From Bacillota bacterium (GTDB lineage Bacteria; Bacillota; Sulfobacillia; Fermentithermobacillales; Fermentithermobacillaceae): a stretch of DNA of 64,000 nucleotides. Shown piece by piece: positions 48,412 through 58,040 of the stretch; the first letter of the stretch is position 1, and the number at the start of each line of letters is the position of its first letter. The position numbers and the translations under genes are program-made. The notes under the pieces are model-generated. The model searched no databases and had not been told where the DNA came from. It worked only from the letters and a program-made list of their open reading frames with translations. The stretch spans positions 444,793 to 508,792 of the forward strand of contig JBMNKH010000004.1 of NCBI GenBank assembly GCA_050952085.1, in the 5' to 3' direction.

Positions 48412-49748
48412 TGCAGCTTGCCCGTACACCGCCCCCATCCATGGAAGCGCTGCTGTATCATGCCCAGATGCAAGGCATACTACCCCTTACCTCTCGCTGC
48501 AACATGCAGTGTATTTTTTGCTCTAACGCCTACAATCCTGAGACGTGCGAGGTGTTTACCATACCTCCCAGGCGCCTGGAGGAGATTGAAGATAGCATAT
48601 TGTGGCTCACAGGCTCCCGGGGGCCTATCGTCATAGGTGAGTCGGTCACAAGGATTACCGAGGGCGAACCTCTTACCCATCCTGAGTTTCCGCAAATCCT
48701 CAAGCTCCTGCGGCAACACTACCCTGACAGGATCATCAGGGTCACAACCAACGCTTCATTGCTTAATCCAGAACTCATTGGGCTGCTTTCAGAACTAGAG
48801 GTTGAACTCATGGTATCCCTTAACACCGTGGGCCACAGGGAACAGGTCATGGGGGATAAACAGCCTGAAAGCACCTTGCGGAATGTGGAGGGCCTTGGCG
48901 GGAAAGTCAGGTTTGAAGGAAGCATAGTCGCACTACCCTTTGTGACCGGATGGGACGACGTGAGTAATACTGCAAGCTTCTTGAAAGAGTCAGGCGCGTG
49001 GTCCATACGGATAATGTCGCCTGGGTTTTCCCGGCTCCACCCCCTGTGGAAGGACGCAGCTTCGTTCGACGTGGATGAAGCAAGGAGTTTCAGTCAAGAC
49101 CTGCAGAAGGATCTCAAAATCCCGGTACTGTTTGAACCTCCGGGGATAACATCGGTAACCCCTGTGGTTGAGCATGTGTTGCCCAGGTCGCCGGCAAGGA
49201 GAGCTGGAATCAGGCCTGGGGACGTGATCACCGAAGTGCTGAGGCGGCGAGTGATGACACGGACTGAAGCCTTCGAGCTGATAAGGGATCACGAGAAGCC
49301 CCGGGTAGCTTATGACAGGCAGGGTGTCCTCTATGAGACTGTGATCAACAAACAAAGGTTTCAGCCGTCAGGGCTTGTGATGTATGACGACCTGGATCTT
49401 GAAGCATGGTTTGAATGGGAACGGGAATCCAGGGTGAAACGCAGGCGGGTGCTTGTGCTTACCTCAGCACTGGCAAGACCGGTTATCGAAGATGCACTTG
49501 AACTACGTGGACTAACGGCGGCTGTTGAAGGGGTACCTTCATTGTTCTTCGGGGGCAATATCGAAGCTGCCGGCCTTCTTACTGTCAGGGACTTTCTCGC
49601 CGCGTACAGTGAAATCGCCGGCCAGGGTTCTGAGTTTGGTGCGGTAACACTTCCTAAGAGAGCTTTTGACCCCTGGGGCAGGGATCTTGAAGGAGTAAGC
49701 TACAAGACCTTTGAGCAATTATCCGGAAAAGCTGTTGTGCTAGCTTGA
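48408..49748 (+). CDS. Radical SAM protein with PDZ and DUF512-like C-terminal region
   Basis: CNMQCIFC (CxxxCxxC) near the N-terminus. PDZ-like PRSPARRAGIRPGDVITEV. Start overlaps the tsaD stop (ATGATG). Confidence 0.72.
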   Translation: MMQLARTPPPSMEALLYHAQMQGILPLTSRCNMQCIFCSNAYNPETCEVFTIPPRRLEEIEDSILWLTGSRGPIVIGESVTRITEGEPLTHPEFPQILKLLRQHYPDRIIRVTTNASLLNPELIGLLSELEVELMVSLNTVGHREQVMGDKQPESTLRNVEGLGGKVRFEGSIVALPFVTGWDDVSNTASFLKESGAWSIRIMSPGFSRLHPLWKDAASFDVDEARSFSQDLQKDLKIPVLFEPPGITSVTPVVEHVLPRSPARRAGIRPGDVITEVLRRRVMTRTEAFELIRDHEKPRVAYDRQGVLYETVINKQRFQPSGLVMYDDLDLEAWFEWERESRVKRRRVLVLTSALARPVIEDALELRGLTAAVEGVPSLFFGGNIEAAGLLTVRDFLAAYSEIAGQGSEFGAVTLPKRAFDPWGRDLEGVSYKTFEQLSGKAVVLA

Positions 49749-49821
49749 GTACCGGCAGGATTGTTTGGAGTTCCAAAGAATGTTAATCATACAACAAACG
49801 TTGGTTAGGAGGGTAAGGCGA

Positions 49822-50883
49822 TTGGACGTAAGAGAGTTCCTTAAGACGGCCTCGCTGGCCCACGGGGTGTCGGGATTTGAATTCATGGACATTGCATCAG
49901 TGGCAAGAGATGCAATGGAAGGCCTGGTAGATGAAGTCCAGGTGGACGTGCTCGGCAACGTCATAGGAGTGAAGTATGGGCAAGGTCCCCAGCCCAGGCC
50001 TAAGATAATGCTTGCAGGACATATGGACGAAATCGGGCTGATTGTAACCAAGATTGAGGAAGGCGGCTTCCTCAAGTTTGCCCCTGTAGGCGGTGTGGAT
50101 CAGCGGGTTTTGCCTGCCCATGAAGTGATTGTGTACGGTAAGAGGCCGCTGACAGGCGTAATCGGGGTGAAACCGCCCCATCTCACTTCACCTGAAGAGG
50201 CGAGAAAAGCCCACAAGATGGAAGACTTGTTTATTGACACCGGATTGCCTGAAGAAGAAGTGCGGAACCTGGTCCGGGTAGGCGACGTTGTAACCTTCAA
50301 GCGCCAGGTCAGCGAGCTTATGGGCGACAGGTTTTCAGGCAAAGCTCTCGACGACAGGGCAGGGGTTGCGGTTATCCTGGTTTGCCTTGATGAGCTGCGC
50401 AAGTACAAAGTAGATGCGGATGTGTACGCTGTAGCTACCACGCAGGAAGAAATAGGCTTGAGGGGTGCCCTTGTCTCATCTTACGGTATCGAACCTGACA
50501 TCGGCATAGCTATTGATGTGTGCCACGGTGAGACGCCTGGAGTGCCTGAGTGGAGAACCGCATCTGTGGGGAAAGGGCCTGCTCTTGCCCAAGGCGGGAA
50601 CATTCATCCTAAAGTTTTTGCTGCACTTGAAAAGGCAGCCAAAGAGATTGGAGTCAAAGTGCAGAACGAGATCGCCCCTGCAGCTACAGGTACTGATGCA
50701 TGGGCAATACAGGTTACCCGGGCAGGAGTAGCAACCGGCCTGGTTTCAATTCCTTTGCGGTATATGCACACATCTGTTGAGACCCTCGCTATAAGTGACG
50801 TGGAGGATGCAGGCAGGCTGTTGGCCAGGTTTATTGCGTCTGTTGACGCAGGCTTTGTGAAGGAGTTGAAGACATGGATCTGA
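49822..50883 (+). CDS. M42 family (TET/FrvX-like) aminopeptidase, paralog 1
   Basis: SGFE...HMDEIGLIV...ALDDRAGV...TQEEIGLRGA motifs. TTG start suggested by the GGAGGG RBS. The six-frame ORF starts at 49765. Confidence 0.8.
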   Translation: MDVREFLKTASLAHGVSGFEFMDIASVARDAMEGLVDEVQVDVLGNVIGVKYGQGPQPRPKIMLAGHMDEIGLIVTKIEEGGFLKFAPVGGVDQRVLPAHEVIVYGKRPLTGVIGVKPPHLTSPEEARKAHKMEDLFIDTGLPEEEVRNLVRVGDVVTFKRQVSELMGDRFSGKALDDRAGVAVILVCLDELRKYKVDADVYAVATTQEEIGLRGALVSSYGIEPDIGIAIDVCHGETPGVPEWRTASVGKGPALAQGGNIHPKVFAALEKAAKEIGVKVQNEIAPAATGTDAWAIQVTRAGVATGLVSIPLRYMHTSVETLAISDVEDAGRLLARFIASVDAGFVKELKTWI

Positions 50884-51893
50884 GAACTCTTACATCCCTT
50901 TCAGGGGTTTCCGGAAACGAATATGAAGTCCGGTCTGCCATCATAAAAGAACTTGAGTCCATGGGGATTTCGTACGAATGCGACGTACTCGGAAACGTGA
51001 TCGCCAGGAAGGGCAACCAGGGGCCAAAGGTACTGGTTGATGCCCACATGGACGAAGTGGGACTTATCATTACCTACATTGAAAAAGACGGGTTCCTGAG
51101 GTTTCGCCCTGTAGGCGGCATAGATCCCCGGGTACTAGTTTCCAAGCGGGTGCTTGTAGGCAAGGAAAAGATCCCTGGGGTAATAGGAGCAAAAGCTATC
51201 CATCTCCAGGAACGTGATGAACGCACCCGGGTAATACCCACAGACCGGTTGTTTATCGATATAGGGGCAGAATCCCGGGAACAGGCCGAAAAAAAGGTGC
51301 AGCCCGGGGATTACGTGGTTTTTGACACTGAGTACGAAGAGCTGTCGCCGGGAATCGTTAAAGCTAAGGCTCTGGATGACAGGGTCGGGTGTGCCCTTCT
51401 GTTGGAGATACTGAAACAAGATTGGCAGAACATACAGCTATATGCCGTGTTTGCAGTCCAGGAAGAAGTAGGGCTGAGAGGGGCCAGGGTGGCTGCGTTT
51501 GCCGTTGAACCTGATATGGGCATAGCTCTTGAGGGCACAGTTTGTGCTGATATACCCGGGACAGACAAGGAATTCCAGGCAACCAGGTTAGGAAAGGGGG
51601 CTGCCCTGAGCATAATGGACAGGGGCTCCATACCTGACCGTGCAATGCTCAATCAACTTGTGAAGATTGCCGAGGACGAGGGGATACCTTACCAGTTCAG
51701 GGAAGCCACTTCAGGGGGCAATGACGCAGGCGTTATCCAGCAAGCTAAAGCAGGCTGCCCGGTAGCTTCCGTATCTGTGCCTTGCCGCTATATACATACC
51801 CCTTGTTCGGTCATGTCAATGTCAGATTTTGAAGCAGCCCGAAAATTGATCATCAAGTTCTTAGAGAGTGTTGAGGGAGGTTTCAGACCATGA
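50874..51893 (+). CDS. M42 family aminopeptidase, paralog 2
   Basis: SGVSGNEYEV...HMDEVGLII...ALDDRVGC...VQEEVGLRGA. Confidence 0.85.
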   Translation: MDLRTLTSLSGVSGNEYEVRSAIIKELESMGISYECDVLGNVIARKGNQGPKVLVDAHMDEVGLIITYIEKDGFLRFRPVGGIDPRVLVSKRVLVGKEKIPGVIGAKAIHLQERDERTRVIPTDRLFIDIGAESREQAEKKVQPGDYVVFDTEYEELSPGIVKAKALDDRVGCALLLEILKQDWQNIQLYAVFAVQEEVGLRGARVAAFAVEPDMGIALEGTVCADIPGTDKEFQATRLGKGAALSIMDRGSIPDRAMLNQLVKIAEDEGIPYQFREATSGGNDAGVIQQAKAGCPVASVSVPCRYIHTPCSVMSMSDFEAARKLIIKFLESVEGGFRP

Positions 51894-52957
51894 AAGACCT
51901 TATCAAGAGACTGACAGAGACTTTTGGGCCTTCGGGTTCCGAGGGACCCATAAGGGAAGTTATCAGGAAAGAAGTTGAGCCCTATGTTGACGAGATCAGG
52001 GTTGACGCTCTGGGCAATTTCATATGCTTCAAGAAAGGGAGCGGCGGAGGGAAAAAGGTAATCCTTGATGCCCATATGGATGAAATCGGCGCTATAGTGA
52101 CGCATATAGACGAAAACGGATTCCTGCGGTTTGCGAATATCGGAGGAGTGTCCCCTGTGATCTCTCTGGGGCAGCGGGTGTATTTCGAGAACGGTACCTT
52201 TGGTGTGATTGGATGCGAGAAGCTGGATGACATAAAAGACCTGAAACTCGAAAAACTCTATATCGACATTGGTGCCGCCAGCCGCGAAGAAGCCTCAAAG
52301 AAGGTCAAGGTAGGCGACATGGCCGCTTTCTTCCAGCCTGCGATTGACCTGGGCAACCGCATGGTAGCCAAAGCAATGGATGACAGGATTGGTTGCGTAG
52401 TTGTGATTGAAGTTTTGAAGAGATTGAAGCAAACAGCACATGACATCTACGCAGTGTTCGCAAGCCAGGAAGAGGTCGGACTGAGGGGCGCCAGGGTAGC
52501 TGCCTACGGGATCAACCCTGACGTGGGCATAGCTTTTGATGTTACGGGAACGGGTGATACCCCCAAATCCCATACCATGGATGTATCCCTTGGTAAAGGC
52601 GCAGCTATCAAGGTCAAAGATTCCAGCTTGATCTGCCATCCCGGGCTCAGGGATTACCTTGTGAAACTGGCTGAGGAGAACGGCATTCCGTACCAGATGG
52701 AAGTCCTGGAACGGGGAGGCACAGATTCAGGCGCCATCCAACTGACACGGGCAGGGATACCGGCAGGGGTGATATCAATTCCGTCCAGGTATATCCACAG
52801 CCCCTGTGAGATGGTGGATCTGGGTGACGTAGAAGCTTGCGTCAAGCTTTGCGTAGCTGCATGTGAAAGTCCGCTGGATTCTGCTGCCCCCAGAGCGGGG
52901 CAAGCAGGCCATAGAATCCGGGGAAGAATCCGGGAGGGCGTTTCCCCTTTTTCTTGA
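51890..52957 (+). CDS. M42 family aminopeptidase, paralog 3
   Basis: FGPSGSEGPIREV...HMDEIGAIV...AMDDRIGC...SQEEVGLRGA. Confidence 0.85.
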   Translation: MKDLIKRLTETFGPSGSEGPIREVIRKEVEPYVDEIRVDALGNFICFKKGSGGGKKVILDAHMDEIGAIVTHIDENGFLRFANIGGVSPVISLGQRVYFENGTFGVIGCEKLDDIKDLKLEKLYIDIGAASREEASKKVKVGDMAAFFQPAIDLGNRMVAKAMDDRIGCVVVIEVLKRLKQTAHDIYAVFASQEEVGLRGARVAAYGINPDVGIAFDVTGTGDTPKSHTMDVSLGKGAAIKVKDSSLICHPGLRDYLVKLAEENGIPYQMEVLERGGTDSGAIQLTRAGIPAGVISIPSRYIHSPCEMVDLGDVEACVKLCVAACESPLDSAAPRAGQAGHRIRGRIREGVSPFS

Positions 52958-52981
52958 GGGAAATGCCCTCTGATCTTTTTG
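52956..52981 (+). terminator. Weak hairpin plus T-tract after the M42 cluster
   Basis: GAGGG-aaatg-CCCTC then TGATCTTTTTG. Confidence 0.35.
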
Positions 52982-53132
52982 TAGCTGCTGATCCATCCGT
53001 GCCTGCTTGTCTTTCTGTGCCTGGACAGCCTGTATGAGGACGTGCTTGTGGACGACCTGTGTGGGGGCGTGCTCTTGATCCCCAGGTTCTTTGCTCTTAG
53101 CTCATAGAAGGCCAATAGAAGACCAGCGGAAT

Positions 53133-53790
53133 GGTGCACTACGTGCACCATTTTAGCCTGTTTCCCGTCTCACCAACGATAAAACGGCGTACCACGTGCA
53201 CCATTCCGGTCCATTTCCGGCCTTGCGGTCGCTGAAATGGTGCACCACATGCACCATTCTGGCCTGTTTGCAGTCTCGCCATCGACATGACGGTGCACTA
53301 CATGCACCATTCTGGCTCACCTTCAGCCTTCCGGCCCATGAAATGGTGCACCACGTACACCATTCTGACCTGTTTGCTGTCTCGCCATCGACAAAATGGT
53401 GCACTACATGCACCATTCTGGCTCACCTTCAGCCTTTCGGCCCATGAAATGGTGTACCACGTACGCCATTCTGACCTGTTTGCTGTTCCGCCATCGACAA
53501 AATGGTGTACCACGTGCACCATTTTGGCCTGTTCCCCGTCTCGCCAACGACAAAACGGTGCACCACGTGCACCATTCCTGTCCATTTCCGGCCTTTCGGC
53601 CCATGAAATGGTGTACCACATGCACCATTTTGGCCTGTCTTACTTCTCTCCGACGACAAAATGGTGCACTACATGCACCATACTGCGTCCATTCTTATCT
53701 TTCTGTTGCTGAAACGGTGCACCGCGTGCACCATTATGAATTCGTTTCCGCCTTGCTACCCCCAAAACGGTGCAGCAAGTGCACCAAGAA
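53133..53790. repeat. Array of 13 copies of a 23-bp hairpin repeat (AATGGTGCACCACGTGCACCATT) with exactly 30-bp spacers (53-bp period). CRISPR-like geometry, but the spacers fall into two alternating related families.
   Basis: Seen directly in the sequence. Repeat copies at about 53133, 53186, 53239, 53292, 53345, 53398, 53451, 53504, 53557, 53610, 53663, 53716 and 53769. The last copies are degenerate. No cas genes in the window. Lies in the convergent intergenic region. Confidence 0.8.
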
Positions 53791-53878
53791 CCTGGAATCT
53801 ATGCTGTGATCCGTGCCTAGCCCCAGTACCCGTACCCGGCTCCAATCCGGCAAGTATCAGATGAGGAGTCCGGGAGGC

Positions 53879-56098
53879 CTAATAGGTACCGGCTCCTGAA
53901 GCAGGGGAGAAGTATTCCTCAAGAGCCTTTAATACTCCCCTGGCTGCCGCTTCCTGAACGTGATCTTGCTTGAGCAGGTCTTCTTCCCTGGGATTGGACA
54001 AGTACATTACTTCAACCAAGACCGAGGGGCAGTGGGATTCCCTGTTGACGAAGAAGTTTGAATCTTTAACTCCCCTGTCAACAGTACCAAGGCTTGCTGT
54101 CAGGTGTTTCTGGATCAGTGTCGCCAGCCGCCTGGATTCAGACGTGTTCAAAGTCTGGCTGCAGATATAAGAAGTTGTGCCTGCAGTTTGGCGGTTGCTA
54201 TGCCAGTCGTTATGTATGGAAACGAAGGCGTGAGTTTTCTGCGACCATGCCGCCCTCTTAGCCAGGTCACCTGAATATTCGTCTATGTCAGGCTTCCAAT
54301 CTTCAGGAGGAGTGGCATCTTCAAATTCTCCCAACCTGGTGAGAATAACAGTTGCTCCTGCTGACTCAAGCAGGTCACGGAGTTTGAGGGCGATTTTCCA
54401 GTTTACCGTCCGTTCCTGGTAGCCTGTGGGGCCTGATGCCCCTGGATCGTTTCCGCCGTGCCCTGGGTCAACCACGATCACCTTGCCTGAGAGCCCCGGG
54501 TTGGGGAAGAAGGCTTCCAGGGAGTTGGCATTTTTCTTGAGCAGGTAGGTACCGCTTAGAGATGCGTCCATGGATAAGCTGACGCCATCGTTGGTGGCAC
54601 CGATATCCACCTTCCTAACTAAATCGCCGCGAACCAGTGAGGCTTGTCCGGCGTAAGAAGCGCCTGGCAGGAACATTGTAACCGAGCTGCCGTTCCTGGT
54701 TACAGTGGGCCATGTATATCCAAGGGTGTGCACTGTAAGCACTTCCCCGTCGTCCTCACGCCTCACATCAATTCCGGTGACTGTGGGCGCAAAGCCGAGC
54801 ACCACTTTTCCCGGCGATTGCTCTTGGACGATATATGACGGAGCTTCGGAAAACCTTATGGTAACATCGCTTCCTTCGACCTTAACCGATTCAAACTCGT
54901 AGGCGTTTATGTCGAGCCTGCCTGCTGTTTTGAAAAACTCAGAGGTGCTAATTACCAATGCGTTGTCTTCCCTGCGTATAATCTGGCAGGTTTGAAACGG
55001 ACCCTGCAGTGTAAGGGTACGGATACTTGAACTTGCGTCAAGTGCCACTGAAAAGCTTGGGGATGCACCGGCAGAAGCACCGGTGGTCAGCCACGATGCC
55101 ACCCAGCCTACAACGCCTTTGGGTGAAATACCCCTTATCCAGCGATCCCGCACTTCAAGCACACGGATTATGTCGCCTTTTTGCACCATGGAGATCACAG
55201 GGTAGTTGGTGCCAGGACCTGCCCTAAAATTCACGTCAGTAGCGTTTACCGTAGTTGAACTGTATTTCCCCAGAGACCACGATGTTTCAGATACACCGAA
55301 GGAAAGGGAAGGGTCGTTTACTGCGGAAATCACCGAATCAGGGCCGTATACCCAGCCTCTTATCCCGGCCGAAGTCTGCACCGCAATCCATGCGCCTCTT
55401 GACGTGATGTACTTGGCAGAATCCCCTGATCTCAAGGTGGCCATAACAGGCGAGCCCTTAATGGGCCTCTGATATACTGTCACCGATCCGCCCCGGGGGC
55501 CTACCACCATGTCTCCTGCCACAGGGGTAGTCTCCTCGATGACAGGGAGGGTCAATTGCAGCAGCTCCTCAAAGATCCATGCCGTGCGTCCGCTTCCCAG
55601 GGATACCCTGATCCAGTCGTTGCGCTTAGCTTCAGCAGGATATGTATGGCCTCTTTGAGTCACCCCCAGCGCAGGATAGTCTGTGCCCGGACCCTGGCGC
55701 ATGTTTACATCGGTTCTGGTTATGACTGCAGATATGCCGCGTGAACTCAGGTCGATGTCAACGAGCCACGCTGCGATCCACGCTTCTTTGCCTTTATATG
55801 ATATCTTAAGCCAATCGTTTTCGATGGATATTATGTCCAGCCAGGTACCTTCCAGCACTGTCCCTACAATGCTGTGATTTGTGCCTGGGCCTGACCTTAG
55901 ATTACACACATCTCCCACTACAACACCTTTGAAACCTGCGAAGTCAGACGGCATAAGCGGGCTATTGCCGCTGGACAAGGCCGTTTGAGGCTGACATGCA
56001 AGGCTCAGGGCCATAGCCAGGAGAAGCACGCCAGGCAACCCCCGGCCGTTTGCTCTTGAAAAAGGTCTTATCGAAAAATGTCGGATATGTTTGGTCAT
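53879..56098 (-). CDS. N-acetylmuramoyl-L-alanine amidase (Amidase_3) with N-terminal bacterial SH3 domains and signal peptide
   Basis: C-terminal KVIVVDPGHGGNDPGA...TVILTR...FVSIHNDW. Several SH3b-like units (GVVVGDVCNLRSGPGTNHSIVGTVLEGTWLDI). Confidence 0.85.
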   Translation of the reverse strand: MTKHIRHFSIRPFSRANGRGLPGVLLLAMALSLACQPQTALSSGNSPLMPSDFAGFKGVVVGDVCNLRSGPGTNHSIVGTVLEGTWLDIISIENDWLKISYKGKEAWIAAWLVDIDLSSRGISAVITRTDVNMRQGPGTDYPALGVTQRGHTYPAEAKRNDWIRVSLGSGRTAWIFEELLQLTLPVIEETTPVAGDMVVGPRGGSVTVYQRPIKGSPVMATLRSGDSAKYITSRGAWIAVQTSAGIRGWVYGPDSVISAVNDPSLSFGVSETSWSLGKYSSTTVNATDVNFRAGPGTNYPVISMVQKGDIIRVLEVRDRWIRGISPKGVVGWVASWLTTGASAGASPSFSVALDASSSIRTLTLQGPFQTCQIIRREDNALVISTSEFFKTAGRLDINAYEFESVKVEGSDVTIRFSEAPSYIVQEQSPGKVVLGFAPTVTGIDVRREDDGEVLTVHTLGYTWPTVTRNGSSVTMFLPGASYAGQASLVRGDLVRKVDIGATNDGVSLSMDASLSGTYLLKKNANSLEAFFPNPGLSGKVIVVDPGHGGNDPGASGPTGYQERTVNWKIALKLRDLLESAGATVILTRLGEFEDATPPEDWKPDIDEYSGDLAKRAAWSQKTHAFVSIHNDWHSNRQTAGTTSYICSQTLNTSESRRLATLIQKHLTASLGTVDRGVKDSNFFVNRESHCPSVLVEVMYLSNPREEDLLKQDHVQEAAARGVLKALEEYFSPASGAGTY

Positions 56099-56255
56099 AT
56101 GTATTTACCTCTCGCTTCTTATGGGGTTCGATCTTATGCTGATTTCTTACCTGATATAGTAATCGTAATAACTTGTTTTGTTCAGACGAAATTTTCAAGG
56201 CGTATGTTCCCTTTCGACAATTTTAGCAGTAAATATAACAAAGAGGGAATAAGCG

Positions 56256-56292
56256 GGAAAAACAGCTGCCGGATACACCTATCCGGCAGCTG
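56256..56292 (-). terminator. Rho-independent terminator of the iscR-nifS-nifU operon (minus strand)
   Basis: 13-bp perfect stem CAGCTGCCGGATA / TATCCGGCAGCTG with a 4-nt loop, followed on the minus strand by TTTTTCCC. Confidence 0.75.
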
Positions 56293-56409
56293 CGTGAAAG
56301 TGTCAATGCATCACTAGGGGCAATGACTGAAATGCGTCTTCTCATAGTTTGGCACTGTGTTATATTGGTGTCCCTGTTCTTGGTGCTCGTTCTCTCGATG
56401 CCCGTCCTC

Positions 56410-56829
56410 TTAGTGCCCGTGTTCTTGGTGTTCGTGCTCCTCTGTCTTGATTTCTATGTCAATCCCTTGCTTCTTGTAGTAATCCTGAATTGCAGCGTGT
56501 ACTGCTTCGGCCGCCAGGTTAGAGCAATGCAGCTTCTGCGGGGGTAACCCGCCCAGGGATTCTGCCACTTGCTTATTTGAAACTTCCAGTGCTTCTTCCA
56601 AAGTGAGCCCCTTGACCAACTCAGTCACCATGGAACTGGTGGCAATCGCAGCCCCGCACCCGAAAGTCCTGAACTTGATGTCTTCAATCCTGTTGTCCTT
56701 TATCCTCAGGGTTATCCTCATCATATCCCCGCACACAGGATTTCCGACCTGGCCAACGCCATCAGGATTTTCAAGTTCCCCTACGTTTCTGGGATTGAAA
56801 AAATGGTCCATAACTTTCTCATTGTACAT
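56410..56829 (-). CDS. nifU: Fe-S cluster assembly scaffold NifU/IscU with His-rich C-terminal tail
   Basis: NPVCGDMMRITL, FGCGAAIATSS, and HCSNLAAEA with three conserved Cys. Tail EHEHQEHGH. Confidence 0.9.
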   Translation of the reverse strand: MYNEKVMDHFFNPRNVGELENPDGVGQVGNPVCGDMMRITLRIKDNRIEDIKFRTFGCGAAIATSSMVTELVKGLTLEEALEVSNKQVAESLGGLPPQKLHCSNLAAEAVHAAIQDYYKKQGIDIEIKTEEHEHQEHGH

Positions 56830-56849
56830 GTCTTATCCCCGCCTTTACA

Positions 56850-58040
56850 TCATAAACCGCTGCCTGGGCCTAACGGCGACATGGCACGAAGTTTCCCGAC
56901 TATAGGTGGCAGAATCTCCAACACGTAATCAACATCCTCTTCTGTATTGGACATGCCCAGTGAAAATCTCAGGGATCCGTGGGCAGTCTCATGTGACAGG
57001 CCCATCGCCAGGAGCACATGGGACGGTTCCAGCGAACCTGAAGTACAGGCTGAACCTGATGATGCAGCTACGCCCATCCGGTCAAGGTTGAGCAGTATGG
57101 ATTCGCCTTCCAAGTACTTAACGCTCACGTTGACGTTATGAGGCAGCCTCAGTACCGGGTGCCCGTTGAGAACCACATCAGGGATTTCCCTGAGCAGCCC
57201 TTCAATCAGCTTGTCGCGCAGTTTGCTAAGCCTTTCTGCTTCTTCAGGAAGTTCCGCCTTGGCTAAGCGGCTTGCTTCCCCGAATCCTATTATCCCGGGG
57301 ACGTTTTCTGTGCCTGCCCGCCTCATCCTTTCGTGCGCACCGCCGGTGACCTGGGGGGTAAGCCTTACGCCCCTCCTTACGTACAGGGCTCCTACGCCTT
57401 TGGGGCCGTATATCTTGTGGCTTGAAAGGGTAAGCAGGTCAACGTTCATGTCTTTGACGTCAATAGGGATCTTACCTGCGCTCTGCACAGCGTCAGTGTG
57501 GAACAAGACCCCATGTTCCCGGGCTATTTCACCGATTTGCTTTATTGGCTCTACCGTGCCCACTTCGTTCTGGCCGTGCATGATCGAAACCAGGATTGTG
57601 TCTTTCCTAATAGCTCTTCTTACGTCATCCGGGTCGATTAACCCGTACTTATCACATGGGACAAAGGTGACTTCAAAACCTTCCTTCTGAAGAGCTTCAA
57701 AAGTATGGAGTACTGCATGGTGCTCAATCTGACTGGTGATCAGGTGATTGCCCTTTGATTTTCTCGCATGGGCAATACCCCTTATCGCCAGGTTGTCAGC
57801 TTCAGTTCCGCCAGACGTGAAAATTATCTCATTAGGAGAAGCTTCAATGAGAGAGGCCACCTTTTCCCGGGCGTCATTGATAGCTTCCCTTGCTGCGTAT
57901 CCCCACCTGTGAACACTTGAAGCGTTGCCAAATTTGCCTGCGAAATATGGCAACATAGCAGCCAGCACCTCAGGCCTCACCGGGGTGGTTGCCGAATGGT
58001 CAAGGTAGACTTGTCTTTGAGCGTTTGGCTGACTACTCAT
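56850..58040 (-). CDS. nifS: Cysteine desulfurase NifS/IscS
   Basis: VYLDHSATTPV, FTSGGTEADNLAI, PLP-Lys region SSHKIYGPKGVGALY, and active-site loop SGSACTSGS. ATG at 58040. The ORF extension to 58091 is probably non-coding. Confidence 0.92.
   Translation of the reverse strand: MSSQPNAQRQVYLDHSATTPVRPEVLAAMLPYFAGKFGNASSVHRWGYAAREAINDAREKVASLIEASPNEIIFTSGGTEADNLAIRGIAHARKSKGNHLITSQIEHHAVLHTFEALQKEGFEVTFVPCDKYGLIDPDDVRRAIRKDTILVSIMHGQNEVGTVEPIKQIGEIAREHGVLFHTDAVQSAGKIPIDVKDMNVDLLTLSSHKIYGPKGVGALYVRRGVRLTPQVTGGAHERMRRAGTENVPGIIGFGEASRLAKAELPEEAERLSKLRDKLIEGLLREIPDVVLNGHPVLRLPHNVNVSVKYLEGESILLNLDRMGVAASSGSACTSGSLEPSHVLLAMGLSHETAHGSLRFSLGMSNTEEDVDYVLEILPPIVGKLRAMSPLGPGSGL

Noticed and set aside
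53133-53790. Calling the hairpin array a bona fide CRISPR locus
   Set aside because: Repeat length (23 bp) is at the lower edge for CRISPR. Spacers are not unique but fall into two alternating similar families. No cas genes or leader-like AT-rich region are visible in the window. It is kept as 'repeat' and flagged for checking instead.
53153-53864. Cluster of overlapping 60-140 aa ORFs on both strands (MVHVVHHF..., WCTTCTIL...)
   Set aside because: They are generated by the palindromic 23-bp repeat array. Mirror-image peptides on both strands and mutual overlap are typical of repeat artefacts.
56078-56547. Two small plus-strand ORFs (79 and 74 aa) in the nifU-amidase intergenic region and antisense to the nifU tail
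   Set aside because: The first overlaps the strong minus-strand terminator hairpin. The second is antisense to the His-rich nifU tail (low-complexity mirror sequence).
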